From assembly GCF_009914755.1 (NCBI RefSeq), contig NC_060932.1: a stretch of 64,000 nt of DNA, one strand, 5' to 3'. A program made the translations under genes and the position numbers. The notes under the pieces are model-generated. The model ran no database searches and was not told the origin of the DNA. It worked only from the letters and a program-made list of their open reading frames with translations. Source of the stretch: the human T2T-CHM13v2.0 reference genome, Homo sapiens. Positions 11,476 to 24,673 of the stretch are shown here, one piece after another. How positions within the stretch are numbered: position 1 is the first letter of the stretch; each line of letters opens with the position of its first letter.

Positions 11476-12924
11476 TTGGCCAAGCAAGAGGTGTTAAGGA
11501 TATCTAGGAAGAAAGGAAGGAAGGGATTCTAGGCATTTTACAGAGCATGATGATGACATAAGTGAAGCAAGAATCAAAGATGTATCTGAGATTTTGAGCT
11601 GGAAAAAATACTGTCATTAAAAGAAGTGTCCTGAGTTTTATTGCTCTCAGGATGTCTAAGTGCCTATACTCAGGGAAGAGCTGGACACGTGGCACTGGAC
11701 CCCAGGCAGTCAGACAGGGTAGAGAAGGGGATGTTTAAATGGTCCAAATTGTGATAATCGAGTCACAAGGGAGGGAAATTCTCTGTGATGATGCATATAC
11801 TATTTAGAGGTGTTAAGAAAATGAGATCATTGCAGAAGGAGCCTTTGTAAAAACCTAGTTAGTGCATGAAAAGAGAAAGAGGAGCTTGCAGTGTTCAGTT
11901 AGAAACAGTAAGAGGATCTGGAAAGGAAGGAAGAGTAAAGTGAAAAAAAATGGGAAATTGAAGGGAATGACTATGGCCTACGATGGGGAAAGGCTTTAGG
12001 ATTCAGTTAGATAGAAAGAGCGCAGCAGCAAGGCAGCAATGCAGATGAAAGCCAACTATGTCCAGGGTAAACAAAGGCAAGAGTGTGTAGCACTCAGGTA
12101 AGTTTGGCAGAGGAGAGAATAATATTTTCTGGAACTTTCTCTAATCCCGCCTCTCACATTTTTTCTATCTCTTTTGGCCTCACCTCAACCTTGTCTGATA
12201 GTTAATATAAATTTGCAAAGCCTCCAAATGGCTGAGAGGAAGTTGGTTCACTGGCATCCCTATTCTCCCCACCCTCCGTCTTTTAGGGGTTCCTTCGTTG
12301 CAGAGACCCAGAAAAAGTCAGGGAGGAGAAAAGCTCACACTTCAGCTAGAAAACTAGGGTAAGGTGAAAGGAAAGGTATAAGGTCATCAGTCTCAGCTGA
12401 TCTAAGGAAGAGAAGCCAGGACAGAGGGACATCAGAAGGCAGCTTTGAAAAGTAAATGTCCTTTAAAGGAAGCAGCTATATTTATTTATTTATTTTTCAT
12501 TATATATTATTTATTAATGTCCTTATTTATTGCATTTTGAATCAGGTGGGATTTCGTGTGTTCTCAGGTTTGGTACTCATTTTTTTTTGTAGTGCAGAAA
12601 GAAATGAAGAATGCACCCTGAGTTCCTACGGGGGGAAAGCATTAGATATACACCTTCTTTAAAAAAAAACAAAAAACAAAACTACTAATATCCTGATTTA
12701 TTGCAAACATCAAAGTATGCCCAGGGCTTAGAGATACTCTCTCCCTCCATCCTCCAGTTCTAGTTCTAATCAAACATGGAAGAAAATCAATAATGAACAA
12801 GTCATATCCTTTGAGCTGGGGAACCTGCTGCGGTTTGTGTATCTATCAACACAAAGTATACTATACTCTCTCTCTCTCTCTCACAACCTGTCTCTCTCTC
12901 TCTTCCACTCAGACACCCTTGCAA

Positions 12925-13837
12925 CTATCTATAGCCAATTCCAGTTCTGAAATATTTAGTTCCTCTGAGACTTAACTGCTGCGACCTATTTCTTCTTCTT
13001 CCCTCCCCTCTCTTAACCCTAGGTCCCAAATCCCATTCATCTTCACGGCCCCCACAGGGTCTGATTAAACACCACTGCAGCCCCACTTCCCTTTTGGCTG
13101 AACCATTCACAGTCAAGAGAGGTAGAGGGAATGCAAAAAACGGAAGGATGTGGAGGAGGCTGCCCAAGCACTGAATGTGGTGAGATGGGTCCTGACAAGA
13201 TTTATGGGCCCTATATCACAGCTGAAATGCTGGAGGTGGTAAAACAGGAGGACTGGCAGTAATTTACAGTAGCTTGTTATGACAGACTTCTCGATTGAGG
13301 ATGAAAAAGATGCCATTAAAACAAAACCAAGCTATCTGGGATGCTGTTGTAAACAACAGGTCTCTCCACACAGCCCCAGAACGAGGCAGATTCATAATTC
13401 TCAGGAAGTTGAGGGGATACGGGCTCCAGAGGAAGGATTCTGTCTCAAAGTCTCTATGGAAAGATGGGAACAAAGCAAGGATGGGGTGAGGACCTGGTGA
13501 TGAGGACTTGCCAGATTTCCTCTCTTCTTTCGCTCCTCAATTGTAGACAGGGCATCCTGCCCTTCAAGAGCAGCTCTCTACTGTCTATCAGCAGTGACAG
13601 GCTGGCTGCGGATGATGGCTGCAAGGCTGCATGCCCGGGGAAGACTGGACCTGTTCTGGGCTGCTGTACGGATAAAATGGTCTGCAGCTCATGCACAATT
13701 TCAGACCTAGCTAGGGCTAATTCCGCCTTCCTCTCCCATTCAAGTGTAGCCCACATAAACTCAGGGTAGCTTCCTGTTGCTTTAAAGCAGCTTCTGTCCA
13801 GGGTTGGATCCCAACAGTTTAGAGTTGGAGAAATCAA
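12925..13837 (-). pseudogene. Chain of overlapping minus-strand ORFs; candidate frameshifted exon(s)
   Basis: ORFs 13454..13837, 13264..13473, 13113..13316 and 12925..13167 overlap in succession in unique, GC-richer DNA. Strong acceptor ctttgttcccatctttccatAG at 13454-13455. Confidence 0.35.
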
Positions 13838-14559
13838 TTGAAAAGCAAATTAAATCTATAATGAAGTCTTTCTCAAAACTCTATAGGAAAGTCTCATTCA
13901 TAACCCACCCATACTTAAAATACTCTTTCCTCACAAGGCCACTCTTTGTGTTTTTATTCTCTCACTCAAGCCACAACACCCTGTTGTACTCCCAAAACAG
14001 AAAAAAATCTCTTTCTACTTAGAGCTAAAATTTCTACCAAAAATCCAAAAATCCTAGACCATTCGGCTTCATTATCATTCTTCATTTCTTCTGGTTTATC
14101 CACATTTCTTTCCATTGTTTTTTTCCTTATGAAAACATTTGTTTCACCTGTAGCTCTGTGCTCTTTCCAAGGTGAATCCAAGGAACCACTCCACATTTCT
14201 GTCATTGTCCTTTCCCTAAATTTTATGCTTAACTCTCATTTTGAAGCAAAGTAATAGGTAATAGAACAAGGAAGAATTTTTCTTATGGAGTATCAGGGGA
14301 GGCCAGTCCATCAGCAACATTCTTTGGGTTGGGGTGGGGTCTAGAGATGGGGCTCAGGTATAAGGTGGGGATGCATGGGAGAGGTACCGAATACCCATAA
14401 AGTAATATTTTTACCTGTTTGGGAGGAACACAAATAAGTGACTGATACTTTGTAATGGAGATTCCTTGAATCTACTCTAATTCATTCATATGTTTAAAGT
14501 AAATAATTTGCAAACAGTAGTACTTCATCAGTTACAAGAGCTTGCTTGCTATTCTATAC

Positions 14560-14744
14560 CATAGCTCTGGCGCGGAGCCCACAGTGCTGGAAAGCATGCT
14601 GCCAGGGCCTCGCCTGCCAGAACGCGCCTGAAACGACACTGGATTTCCATGTCCCCAGCTTGCTTTCCTGCTGCAGGGCTTCATTTCCTTTCCCCTGAGT
14701 GCCGGCTTTGATCTCTGCTTTCCTCTGTCAGAAAGCTCTGGGCT
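14560..14744 (-). pseudogene. Candidate 185-nt CpG-retaining exon
   Basis: Acceptor ttttccctgcatctgttctcccaccAG; donor ATG|GTATAG; 7 CpGs in 185 bp; one frame fully open. Confidence 0.45.
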
Positions 14745-15319
14745 CTGGTGGGAGAACAGATGCAGGGAAAAGCCCTTGCTGGGATGCAAAAGTAAGAAGA
14801 ATGTTTCTTAATAAGCAACATCTGAGATTAAAGAGATGCATTCAGCTTCATTTGGCTTAAAACTGCTTCAGTGTAAAGCACTGGATGGTATTAGTGTCCC
14901 TTCCCCCCTGCACAGGCTTGCTCCTTGCAGTTCTGGAGCACAGGGACATCCTGTTCCTCTTGCAGCCACTTCATGCCTTCTCTTTGTCCCCACCTTGAAC
15001 CTCCACTCTCTGATTTCTTCCCTTAGCACAGGTAGCTTCCAGGCAATCTTCTACTCCTGTGCATTCTACAAACTGGAGATTAAACCAGAACTGGTAGTGG
15101 ATTTAATAAATTCCAGTCCCAGAGTTCCATAATGGAAACCTCCAGGGCACAACTGCCCCTCAGCTCCCGATGACAGCCACTGACCAGTGCATGCAGCTTA
15201 CCTGTGACAAATTATATGGTGAAACCACATGGCATTGTGTCTGTATCTGGACTTTCTGGCAGGAGAGATCTGAGTTTCAGTCCACAAACTTAGATTTCCA
15301 GAATTTTATGTATGCATAT

Positions 15320-15323
<4 letters not shown>

Positions 15324-15361
<38 letters not shown>
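15324..15361. repeat. (AT)19 microsatellite
   Basis: Read directly from the sequence. Confidence 0.95.
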
Positions 15362-15364
<3 letters not shown>

Positions 15365-15405
15365 TTACACTGCAGTCTTTCTATTCAGATTATGGGCTCT
15401 GGTCT

Positions 15406-15595
15406 TGTTATGGACTAAATATTTGCATGCCCCCCAAATCTGTATGTTGAAGCCCTATCCCACAATGTGCCATTATCAGAAGATGGTGCCTTTGGGGAGT
15501 TATTAGGTTTAGATGAGGCCATGAGGGTGGAACCACCGTGATAGAATTAGTGCCCTTGTAAGAAGAGAAAGAGACACCAGCATGCTTTCTCTCTC

Positions 15596-15645
<50 letters not shown>

Positions 15646-15846
15646 TCTGTCTCTATCTCCCTGCTATGTGAGGACACAGCAACAGGAAGATTGCCATCAA
15701 CACCCTAGGAAGAGACTCCTCACCAGGTATTGAATCAGGAGAACCTTGATTTTGGACTTTGCAGCATCCAAAATTGTGAGAAATAATAGTCTGTTGTTTA
15801 AACCACCCAGTTTATGGCATTTTATTACAACAGTGAGGCTTAGTCT
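15406..15846 (+). mobile_element. MLT1A-type MaLR solo LTR with an internal (CT)n at about 15587-15650
   Basis: TGTTATGGACTAAAT start; ttaggtttagatgaggccatgagggtgg; gtttaaaccacccagtttatggcatttt end motif. Confidence 0.85.
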
Positions 15847-18341
15847 GTTTTCTTCTGCTATAACAGAAGGGTCTTGTGAAGTACCAAGGCACTGGAATAG
15901 AGAGACACCTGGTGGTTGGCCTTGAGTCTAAGAAATAAAACTTTTGAAAACAAAAGTCAGTGAGACAATTAACTTTTTTTCTGCTCTCTACCCTGCTAAA
16001 TACCTCCTTAAAAATTAGAAGAGAAGAGGTTGTAGATTGACTGACTATGGAGAAAAGGGAGGGGACAAGGGGAAAAAGGGAAATTAATACCTCAAAGTTT
16101 GGACAAAAGAGCACATTTCCACATCAGGATGTTCTATGAAAATTCTGGCACTGGACCCCCGACCAAATTGATCAGAATATTTTGGAGCAGGGCTAAGGAT
16201 TCCACGTTTTTAAACAATGCCTTCTCATGATACATATATCCACCAAAGTTTGTGGTCAAATTTCTGCTCTGAAAGTTTACATATGTTAGAATATATTTCT
16301 ATCATTTCCCAAGAGAAGTTTAAGAGAGAGAGAAGGAGGAAATTGCCAAAAAAGAAGACCATCCCTGATGATTTGAATGCAGGCAAAATCTTGGAGGACT
16401 CTACAAAGCTGGAGCTGGGAGAACATGTACTGCAGATGTCAAAGCCAGTGCGGGAAGGTAAGTCAGCGGAGCCACTAGTGAAGTTTGAAGCAGGACGGGC
16501 ATTGGAGCATTTGGGCTTTTGTGCACTAATGACAGAATTTGAGAGCTCTTGGAGACTCCCACGAAAGGGGAAGAACTGACATCTGACATTTGGCAGGTGG
16601 ACCATAATGATATACTCAATTTAAAGAAAAATTCATAATCTTCTCTAAGAGCCATAAGTGGGTGGTGCTCAGTTGACACTGATTTAATACTCTCTATAAT
16701 TAAAATGTGATATTCAGTAATAATACAAATTAAAGAAGACTTTAAGGGAAAAATCTTTCCAGATGAGTTGTATATCACTTATTCTGATATTTCTAGCCCC
16801 TGCTCCTCTTTCCCGTCATCTCAGTAAGAGTCATCTTCTGACTGATAATGTTTAAATATAGTTAGTCTCTTGGAACAAATTCTCTGGGCTGAAAAATGGT
16901 ATCAGACAATCCTGGCCTGAGTTTACATTCATGCTTCCTCCTCTTGCCATTTTGCTTTAGGAGAAACCATCAAACCAACACAGAATGGGAGCAGTGGGGG
17001 CCGCAGAATTTACTCAAAAATACTTAAACCTCTATTGTAATGTGATTTGTTTGTTGTGGGAACTGAAAGATAAATGACTGCTATTATCTCACAGGTTTTC
17101 TTATGCTATCAATGAGCTTTGATTCATAGTTAGTCCTGAGAATTCTACTTCCTCCACTTATTTCAGGTCTGTTAAATAACAAGCTTATATGGTGGTGGAA
17201 AGTTAAGCTAGAATTCTATTCTTGAAGGATGGGGGGTATTCAGAGTTAGGCCTTAGATGGCAGTTCTACAGTGTAAATGCATAGGCTTTAATCTCTGCTT
17301 TCTGTATTTTCTCAAGGTCCCTCATGGGCTTTGACTACACCCTACAATTAATGCATACCTTTCAAAAAGATGTTGATATATCATTTGTTTCTTAGTGCGA
17401 ATTTAAGTTATTGTAGCATCTTCCCCATGATTTTTCAGCCAAAACCCCTAAACGAAGAAGAAATCGCTAAGATTCCAGTTAAGGAAACTTCAAACATAAT
17501 AGACAGAGTTGAAATACATAATAAAAGGCCCTGAATAAGATACAAATTCATTTATTCATCCACTCATTAGAAGTTTAGAGATTGATACTCAGACAAACAT
17601 AGAGCAAGTTGTATTATTTCAAGCCTGAGAAGATATGACCAGAGATTGGTGCAGGGAAATGCTCTGTTTTTGAGACACTGAATGTCTCAAACCTAGCCTT
17701 ATCAGTTTTATCTGCTTCTCAAGAAATATCCTGTCTGCATTTTTGTATTTCAGGACATTTTACACTCTCTCTTCTTATCATTAGGATGTTATTAGAATTG
17801 GAATTTGTATGTCATCCATACTTGCTTTATATGATCAATGTAATTTTGATGTTTACCTTATCTTTAGTGAAATTATGATGCAGACTTTAGTAAAAATAGG
17901 TAGATTCTTGGTGATACTTTCAGCTTCTGTGTTCTATGGAGGCTGGGGGTTGAAAATTGTAATTGGGATTTTCAAAATATAGAACGGTTCGTGCTTTATG
18001 TCTCATAGCAGAACAAGGGCCCGAAAAAGAAGACAACATTAGTGAATGAGCACCCTTACGATATATTAACACATATTGGCATCCAAAATTAATGCTCCCC
18101 ACTGCTTATTCTAGGATGATTATTCCAGGTTGCTATTTTAATAGGTGAGCAATGAGCTTGGAAAGGGTCATAATTCTATTGAAATTGAGGGATGGAGCTA
18201 TTTAAGATTGTGAGGAAGGGCTCTATACAAAGATGTATTCTCATAGCACATATCTATCACTCTTGCGTGCATCATGAGTCAATGAGGTCACACAGAGTGC
18301 TGTAAGCCAAGCTGCTCTCTGTCCTTAAAACGTTACCCTGG

Positions 18342-18787
18342 TGTAGTGCGTTGAATAATGTCTACCCAAAGTTCAGGTCCACTTTGAACCCTGGAATGTG
18401 ACCTTATTTGGGAATAGGGTCTATGCATATGTAATTAGTTAAGAATTTTAAAATTATATCATAATGGATTTAAAATGGATCCTAAATTTAATGACTCATG
18501 TCCTTAAAAGAAGAGGAAAGGACACAGAAACAGAGAATATGGCTACGTGACAACGGAGGTAGAGGCTGAAGTGATGTTGGCCCCAAACTGAGGAAAGCCA
18601 AGAGTAACTAGAAGCTGAAAGAATAAAGAGAAAGATTCTTCCCTAAAGATTTTGGAAGGAGTGTAGCCCTGCCAATGCCTTGATTTTGGACTTCTAGCCT
18701 CCCAAACTGTGAGTGAGTAAATTTCTGTTATTTTAAGCCACATAGTTTGTGGCACTTTATTATAGTAGCTCTAGCAAACCAATATAC
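18342..18787 (+). mobile_element. MLT1C-like MaLR solo LTR
   Basis: TGTAGTGCGTTGAATAATG...gaatgtgaccttatttgggaataggg...ttttaagccacatagtttgtgg. Confidence 0.85.
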
Positions 18788-18899
18788 CCAGTATCACTAG
18801 AGCACTCTCCTGTGCCCGGTCTTCAGCAGAAAACCATACTTCAGCGAAAACCTAAATATTTTCTAGGATTGTTGGAACAGGCAGAGACTGTTAATCACA

Positions 18900-20163
18900 A
18901 TGATGCATAGGAGAGCTTACAGATGTAGAAGGCAGCATCAGAATATACCAGCTTAGACCTTCTCAGCCTCACCTGTCTCCAGGAACTTTGACACTTGTCC
19001 TCTTCCAGATACCACTGCAGGGAAGAGCCAGCTGCATGTGGGAAGAGCCAGGGGCAATTGGAAAGGGCTTCCCCTCATGCTATTGCTCCTTTTACACTTT
19101 CTGCCCTGAGGCTGTATCATTACTAAGGCTTGAAATGACACGTGGCTAGATGTCTACACATACACCACCTGGAAGTACAAGTGAATTAATATACCACTGT
19201 GGCTCAAAAAAACAATGCTCCAAAATGATGCCATCAGAAGCAGCCTTGGAGGTGAATTTTCCTCTTCTCCTGCCCTCCTGCCTCTCAGTCCCATTCTCCC
19301 CCCAAAGCTAGCTATAGAATCTAGAATCCCTCTTCTCCAAGGTGGGTCACAGAAAACAGAGCTCTCTTCCCCAAAAACTACTCATGAGATCTAAAACTAT
19401 TACTGTAATTTTCCATGTGCATTTCTGTGTAAAAAATGGCCATAAATAAATGATCTGTTTCACCTTGTTTGACTGTAGATCATAAGACGCATCCCCCCGC
19501 CGCCTTTCCAGAGAGGGTTCTGCCCATACTCAGAAGGAGGGAATGCTGCTCAGAGACACCAAGAAGAATCTAGACAGACAGGCCTTGCTCAGTTTCCCCA
19601 CTCAGTCTATTAGCATTAAGTCATTCCCGTTTTGTCAAATCATATTTATATATAGCTGTCCATACTTTTATGTCCATAAGCATAAAAATGGACAATCTCC
19701 CCTGTATCTTTGGGTCTTCATTCTGAAGGCTCCTGTGTACATGTTAAATGGGTTTGGATGCCTTTTATTCTATTAATCAATCTGCCTTATGTCAGTGATT
19801 TTCAGGGAACATTTAAGGTTCGAAGGGCCTTAGCCCCTACAATAGCATCCAGCAAACCTATACTTCAAAGGATGAATGAAAGCAGTTAAATTCTTCTGAC
19901 ATCCTCCCACAAAGCAGATTCCTAAGACACATGAGTTCACATCGCCTCTCAGCTGAAGATCCTACAAGCTTTTGCAGTCAATCAATTGAGCTGGACACTA
20001 AGCCATGATCAGTAACATAACACACCTTAATATTGTTGCTTCTCCTTCCCTACCTCCCTTTCCTTTTTTCTCATTCCTCCTGCCTTGGATTTTGCTTCCT
20101 AATAAAGTAGTAGCACATAAGCATTTGCCTCTGGCTTTGCTTTCTGGGGAACCCAAGTAAAAC
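18900..20163 (+). mobile_element. LTR16-like ERVL LTR split by a younger LTR insertion
   Basis: 3' end cctaataaagtagtagcacataagc...ttctggggaacccaagtaaaaca; the 5' part lies before 19198. Confidence 0.55.
19198..19841 (+). mobile_element. ERV1 MER4-group solo LTR (MER4D/E- or MER34-like)
   Basis: TGTGGCTCAAAAAAACAATGCTCCAAAATG...CCCCTACA; homologous to 24034-24673 on the opposite strand. Confidence 0.75.
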
Positions 20164-20825
20164 ACAGCTTTTCAGTGAGCCAATTGACCTAAATCTCAGT
20201 GAATGTCTTAATCAAAATGCTCTCAGTTACAAGTGGAAAGAAAGTGCCCAACTGAAAATATCTTAGGACATTTATAAACTTTTGCAATAAGAAGGGCTGA
20301 CTTTAGCGTGGCTGGTTCAGGTATACAAATATTGCAGGTTCTATTTACTCTTATCTGTCAGCTTGTTTTTACAAATAGGTCCAGAATCACCTCCCTCCGG
20401 CTTACTATTCCCATTAGAAAAGAAGTTTTTCTCCTACAAAGTGATATATATTCATCCAGGGAGGTACGCATATTCATCCCTGGGACATGCAGTCTTCCCG
20501 CAGGAGGACTCAGTGGTAATGGGGATTTGGTTGGGCCAGGGAGGCCAACCTCATAATTGTCATTCTCTCTAGGAATGCATGACATAGAGGAGAAGTTTCT
20601 TCAAGAAATATAGATTCAGAGCAGGCGAAAGCCAGAGATTACATGGTAAAAATAATCTACATAATTATGGGGTTCAGGTTCCACAAGCAAACCATGAGCT
20701 ACAGGCTCAGTTTCTAGGATGAGCTAATACTCAGATTCCAGCTAAAGTTAATCAGCTATTCTCAGGGGAAACATTTTTATTTGTAAACACCATCTTTCTT
20801 ATTGCTTTTATTTGACATTGTAGCC

Positions 20826-20990
20826 TACAATCTTACCAAAGTGTGGTCCACAGACCAGCAGCATAAGCATTACCTGGGAGCTTGTCAGCAATGCAAAACC
20901 TCAGACCTCAGGTCAGACCTGCTTAATCAGAATCTGGATTTTAACAAGATCCCACAGATTTGTACACACACTAAAATTTGAAAAGCACTT
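20826..20990. mobile_element. MER5A DNA transposon
   Basis: caaagtgtggtccacagaccagcagcat...acctgggagcttgt...aatcagaatctggattttaacaagatccc...tttgaaaagcact. Confidence 0.85.
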
Positions 20991-21914
20991 TTCAAATGTC
21001 CTGTGTGAAGACAAGCTGAACCTCTGGAATATATGATGGGAAAGGATCCATTTGGCCTAACAAGGTTTAAGGGGGGAGCAATAATTTTGTCATTGGAATA
21101 AGATGCTGTCATATTTTAAAAATAATATTAAAATTGATGCTCAAATAAAGTTATCCATTTCTTAGAGAAGAAGCCAGTATTTCCCCAAAAAGGAATTTAT
21201 TTACATAACCAAGAAGATTATGGATTAAACACCTTCACTCTTTCACAGAGATTATACCAAAGTGTGATTTTTTTTTTTTAAAGGAGCAGAGTGTAAAAAC
21301 AGATCTTGCAAAGTAAAACGGTGGTCATGTAATGAGTTGGCTAGCAGGCATTTAAGAGAATTTAAATATTCTCTTAAATGCAAACTAGCCAAAAGACTTA
21401 TTTATAGCATCAGAAATAATATCTCCATACAATTTGGAGGTTATAAGATGTAGTGAAGCATCACCTAGAAGCTTAGTAATGCATTATTTGTGGAAGTACT
21501 GTTCTCTCCAAACAGTACTTTGATTAACAAAAATCAAAGTCCATAGAAGAACAACTACCACTTTTGAAAGGAAAATATTATCTCTACCTTTCATATCAGA
21601 GGAAAATGCACATAGACGGGGATAGGTTATATGACTAGAGAAATAGAAAAGGCTGAAACTTCTTCAACATTACAATCCAAAAGGAAAAAATGGTATGCAG
21701 TTGTCATATTATCATTTGTTCTAATATTTTCATTCACAGTCATTCACTATGATTGAATCTAAATCACAGCAACACATTGTGAGACAGAAATGTACTTCCT
21801 TTTAAAAAAATTATTCCTTTAACAGTTTTGTGCCTGAGGTTTAATAGCACGAGGTAAGAACATGGGAAAAAACAATTGTGGCTCATAAGAAATCAGAGCC
21901 TATCATGTATTCAT

Positions 21915-22739
21915 TGTAGTAAGTTGAATGATGCTTCCCATCCCCCACGCCCTCCACCACCCAAAAAAAAAAAAAGTCTATTTAGAAGCCACGAATATGA
22001 CTTTATTTGGAAAAGAGGACTTTGCAGATGTAATTAAGAATCTTGAGATGCCATTATCTTGGTGTATTAGTCGGTTTTCATGCTGCTGATAAAGACATAC
22101 CCAAGCCTGAGTAATTTGTAATGAAAAAGAGGTTTAATGGGCTCACAGTTCCACATGGCTGGGGATGCCTCACAATCATAGTGGAAGGCAAAAGACACAT
22201 GTTACGTGGTGGCAGGCAGGAGAGAAGTAAGAGCCCAGAGAAAGCGGCTTATAAAACCACCAGATCTCGCGAGACTTATTCACTGCTACAAGAACAGTAT
22301 AGGAGAAACCGCCCTCATGATTCAATTTTCTCTCACCAAGTCCTTCCCACAACATGTGGGAATTATGGAAGCTACAATTCAAGATGAGATTTGGGTGGGG
22401 ACATGGCGAAACCATACGACTTGGATTAAAGCAGCCCCTAAATGTAATGGCTGGTGTCCTTACAAGAGAAAGAAGACACAAACACTGAGAAAAAGGCCCT
22501 GTGAGGATGGAGGCAGAGAGTAGAGTTAATCTGCTATAAGCCAAAGACTACCTGGAGCTTCCCGCAGTTGGAGGAGGCAAGAAAGGACGCATTCCTAGAG
22601 GCTCCAGAGGGAGCACGGCCCCACCAACACCTTGAATTTAGACTCTTCTCCTCCAGAAATATGAGAGGAGAAATTTTCGTTATTTTAAAGCCACTCAGTT
22701 TGTGGTAATTTGTTATGGCAGCCCTAGAAAATGAGTGCA
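21915..22739 (+). mobile_element. MLT1C-like LTR interrupted by a THE1 LTR
   Basis: gactttatttggaaaagaggactttgcagatgtaattaag before the insert; ttttaaagccactcagtttgtggtaatttgttatggcagccctag after it. Confidence 0.85.
22063..22419 (-). mobile_element. THE1B/C-type solo LTR
   Basis: TGTATTAGTC...GCTGATAAAGACATACCC...GATGAGATTTGGGTGGGGACA; perfect 5-bp TSD cttgg. Confidence 0.93.
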
Positions 22740-23367
22740 CTCATTTGGGGTACTTTGTCTTTCTTCCAATGTCTTGGTGGGTTTTCTTGCAATAAGCATT
22801 CATAGGTGGGCTTTGAATGTATGGCTCCCAGCAACCCAATGTTTTCTTTGCTTTGTGATATAGAGGGGGAGGTTTGCTGTCGGCAAAAGATGCTGGTGAC
22901 TGGCTATGTGTATTGGATGATGCTTGAGTTATCATTCCAGGATGCATGATAATCCATCCACATACACCCTACAAGTTCTTGTGTGATTAAGGCATGAGAA
23001 ATCGAAGAAACAGAGGTAGGCATAAAAGTTGGCATATGTAGCTACCCCACTCTGCACTTTATTTTCACTCTTTTCCATTTCAGAGAAAACCAACCTTAGA
23101 TCATACCCTTGTTTTAGTCATTCCATTTCAAATTCTTGTCAGGTGTATTCCCAGAAATAGATCAGGGCACTAATAATTCATTCTGCGGTTTGGAGAAAAA
23201 GCAAGGGGTACAGAGTACGAATAGGAAGCTATTATGAATTAAATGATAAAGCTATGTGGTTATCCCTGGGGTAAAGGACTCACAGCCTCAAACCAAGTCC
23301 AATGCCAAAAGGAACTCAGCAGACTCAGTCTAGTTCTGGTCTTGATGTCCAGATATGGTTACAGTAG

Positions 23368-24027
<660 letters not shown>

Positions 24028-24033
24028 TAGCAT

Positions 24034-24673
24034 TGTGGGAGTCAAGGGAAAACTCCCCCATTTCCCTCTAAAGGATCGCTGAAAAATCAACTCTCAATAG
24101 GCACATTAATTAGAGAAAAGGCATATAAATTTATTTAACAAGTGTACAGAGGAGTCTTCAAAATGAAGACCCAAAGATGCAGGGGAAATTGTCCATTTTT
24201 TTGTCTAGGTTTAACAAAGTATGCACAGCTGTGTAGAAATATGACTGTGCAAAAAGGGAATGATCTAATGCTGATGGACTGAGTGAGGACACTCAGCAAG
24301 GCCTGTCTGTCTAGAGTCTTCTTGGCCACTCTGAGAACTTATTCCTTCCTTCTGGGTGTGGGGCAGGACCCTCTCTGGACAGGAGGTCTCATGACCTACA
24401 GCCCAACAAGGTAGGTGAGAGAATTTCTTTGTGGCCAGTTTTTACACAGAAAGACAGAAGGAAAATTAGAGCAATAGTTCTAGGTGTTATGGCTGGCTTT
24501 GGCAAAAAAGGGTTTCTGGCTTCTATGACCCATCTTGAAGAAGAGGGACTCCAGTTTCTCTGGCTGGCCTCAGGGGAGAATAGGACTGAGAGACAGGAAT
24601 GGGGGAGGAGATGAGAGAAGAACTTTTACTTCTGAGACCTTCATTTTAGGGTATTGTGTTGTGACTTTCAACA
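24034..24673 (-). mobile_element. ERV1 MER4-group solo LTR
   Basis: TG...CA termini, perfect 4-bp TSD gcat, homologous to 19198-19841. Confidence 0.8.

Noticed and set aside
15170-15677. ORFs with IY and RE repeats
   Set aside because: They are translations of (AT)n and (CT)n microsatellites and the MLT1 LTR.
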